Shown here: piece after piece, positions 63,345-64,000 of the stretch
Position numbering within the stretch: the stretch's first letter is position 1
Layout of the letters: the number at the start of each line of letters is the position of its first letter
Source of the DNA: Octopus sinensis
Lineage: Eukaryota
Assembly (NCBI RefSeq): GCF_006345805.1
Contig: NC_043008.1
Location: 78,678,001-78,742,000, forward strand
Length of the DNA: 64,000 nucleotides
Reading direction: 5' to 3'
The notes under the pieces: generated by a model
Databases searched by the model: none
What the model saw: only the letters and a program-made list of their open reading frames with translations
What the model was told of the DNA's origin: nothing
Position numbers and translations under genes: made by a program

Positions 63345-63855
63345 ATTGTGTCTGGGGAGAGACATACTGTGTTCATATCTAACACACTCACCAGTTCAAT
63401 TTCCATACATTTATTATTTATATTTTTTCTTTTCCATAATTTTTGTTGCTTTTTCAACCTCGTCAATGGATGTTGACAGTCCATTACTAGAGTTGTGTTC
63501 CTTTTGTCGGTTTGTGAGCATGTGAGTGTGCCAGCATGCATGTGTACTTGTGTATGCATAAATGTATGTATGTGTGTGTATGCATATATGTAGGAATGCA
63601 TGTGTGTATGTATGTATGCATGTATGTATGTATGTATGTATGTATGTATGTGTGTATGCATGCATGTATGTATGTATTGTACATATTCAAAAGGAATGCA
63701 GCTCTGATAACAGACAGAGCCAACATTCATTGACAAGGCTGCAAAAGCAACGACAATTTTGGAAAAGGAAAAATAGAGATAATAAATGGGTGGAAATTGA
63801 ACTGGTGAGTGTATTAGATATTAAGGCAGTGTGACTCTCCCCAGACACAACAATA
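63345..63855. repeat. Inverted pair of a ~130-bp interspersed repeat separated by TATG microsatellites
   Basis: TTGTGTCTGGGGAGAG.CA.ACTG...CACTCACCAGTTCAATTTCCA... at 63345-63475 is mirrored at 63722-63855. Confidence 0.75.
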
Positions 63856-63891
63856 TGTGTGTGTGTGTGTGTGTGTGGTGTGTGTGCGTGC

Positions 63892-63924
<33 letters not shown>

Positions 63925-64000
63925 CATACATACACACATACATACATACAAAAAGGTAAAAAGTAATATTTTTTATATTTCCAGTTTGTGTCACATATCT

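Overview
AT-rich, repeat-dense eukaryotic genomic DNA. The SINE families and (TA)n/(GAT)n microsatellites suggest a coleoid cephalopod, probably Octopus (inference from recall, not a database hit). Two spliced host genes lie on the minus strand and are invisible in the ORF track. One is the last four coding exons of a neprilysin/M13-family metallopeptidase homolog (58314-44528), in which the His711, Asp709 and Cys746 equivalents are substituted. The other is the first two coding exons of a beta-lactamase-fold SxxK serine hydrolase (6394-3471), which continues off the left edge. The rest is a layered transposon landscape. It includes a full-length but disrupted Tx1-clade LINE set in a (TC)n tract, three ORF1-only HAL1-like retroelements stacked around a Gypsy element, and tRNA-derived SINEs. 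There are also RTE, R4-like and CRE-like LINE remnants, a BEL/Pao fragment and a solo LTR with its TSD. Four Penelope-like fragments, three hammerhead-ribozyme-like motifs, Tc1/mariner relics and four GG...CC foldback MITEs with 8-bp TSDs (Merlin-like) complete the set. The most notable pattern is that the Tx1 LINE, the ORF1-only elements and one SINE subfamily share a 3'-terminal motif, suggesting a three-tier retrotransposon system. No CRISPR, rRNA or prokaryotic operons were seen.
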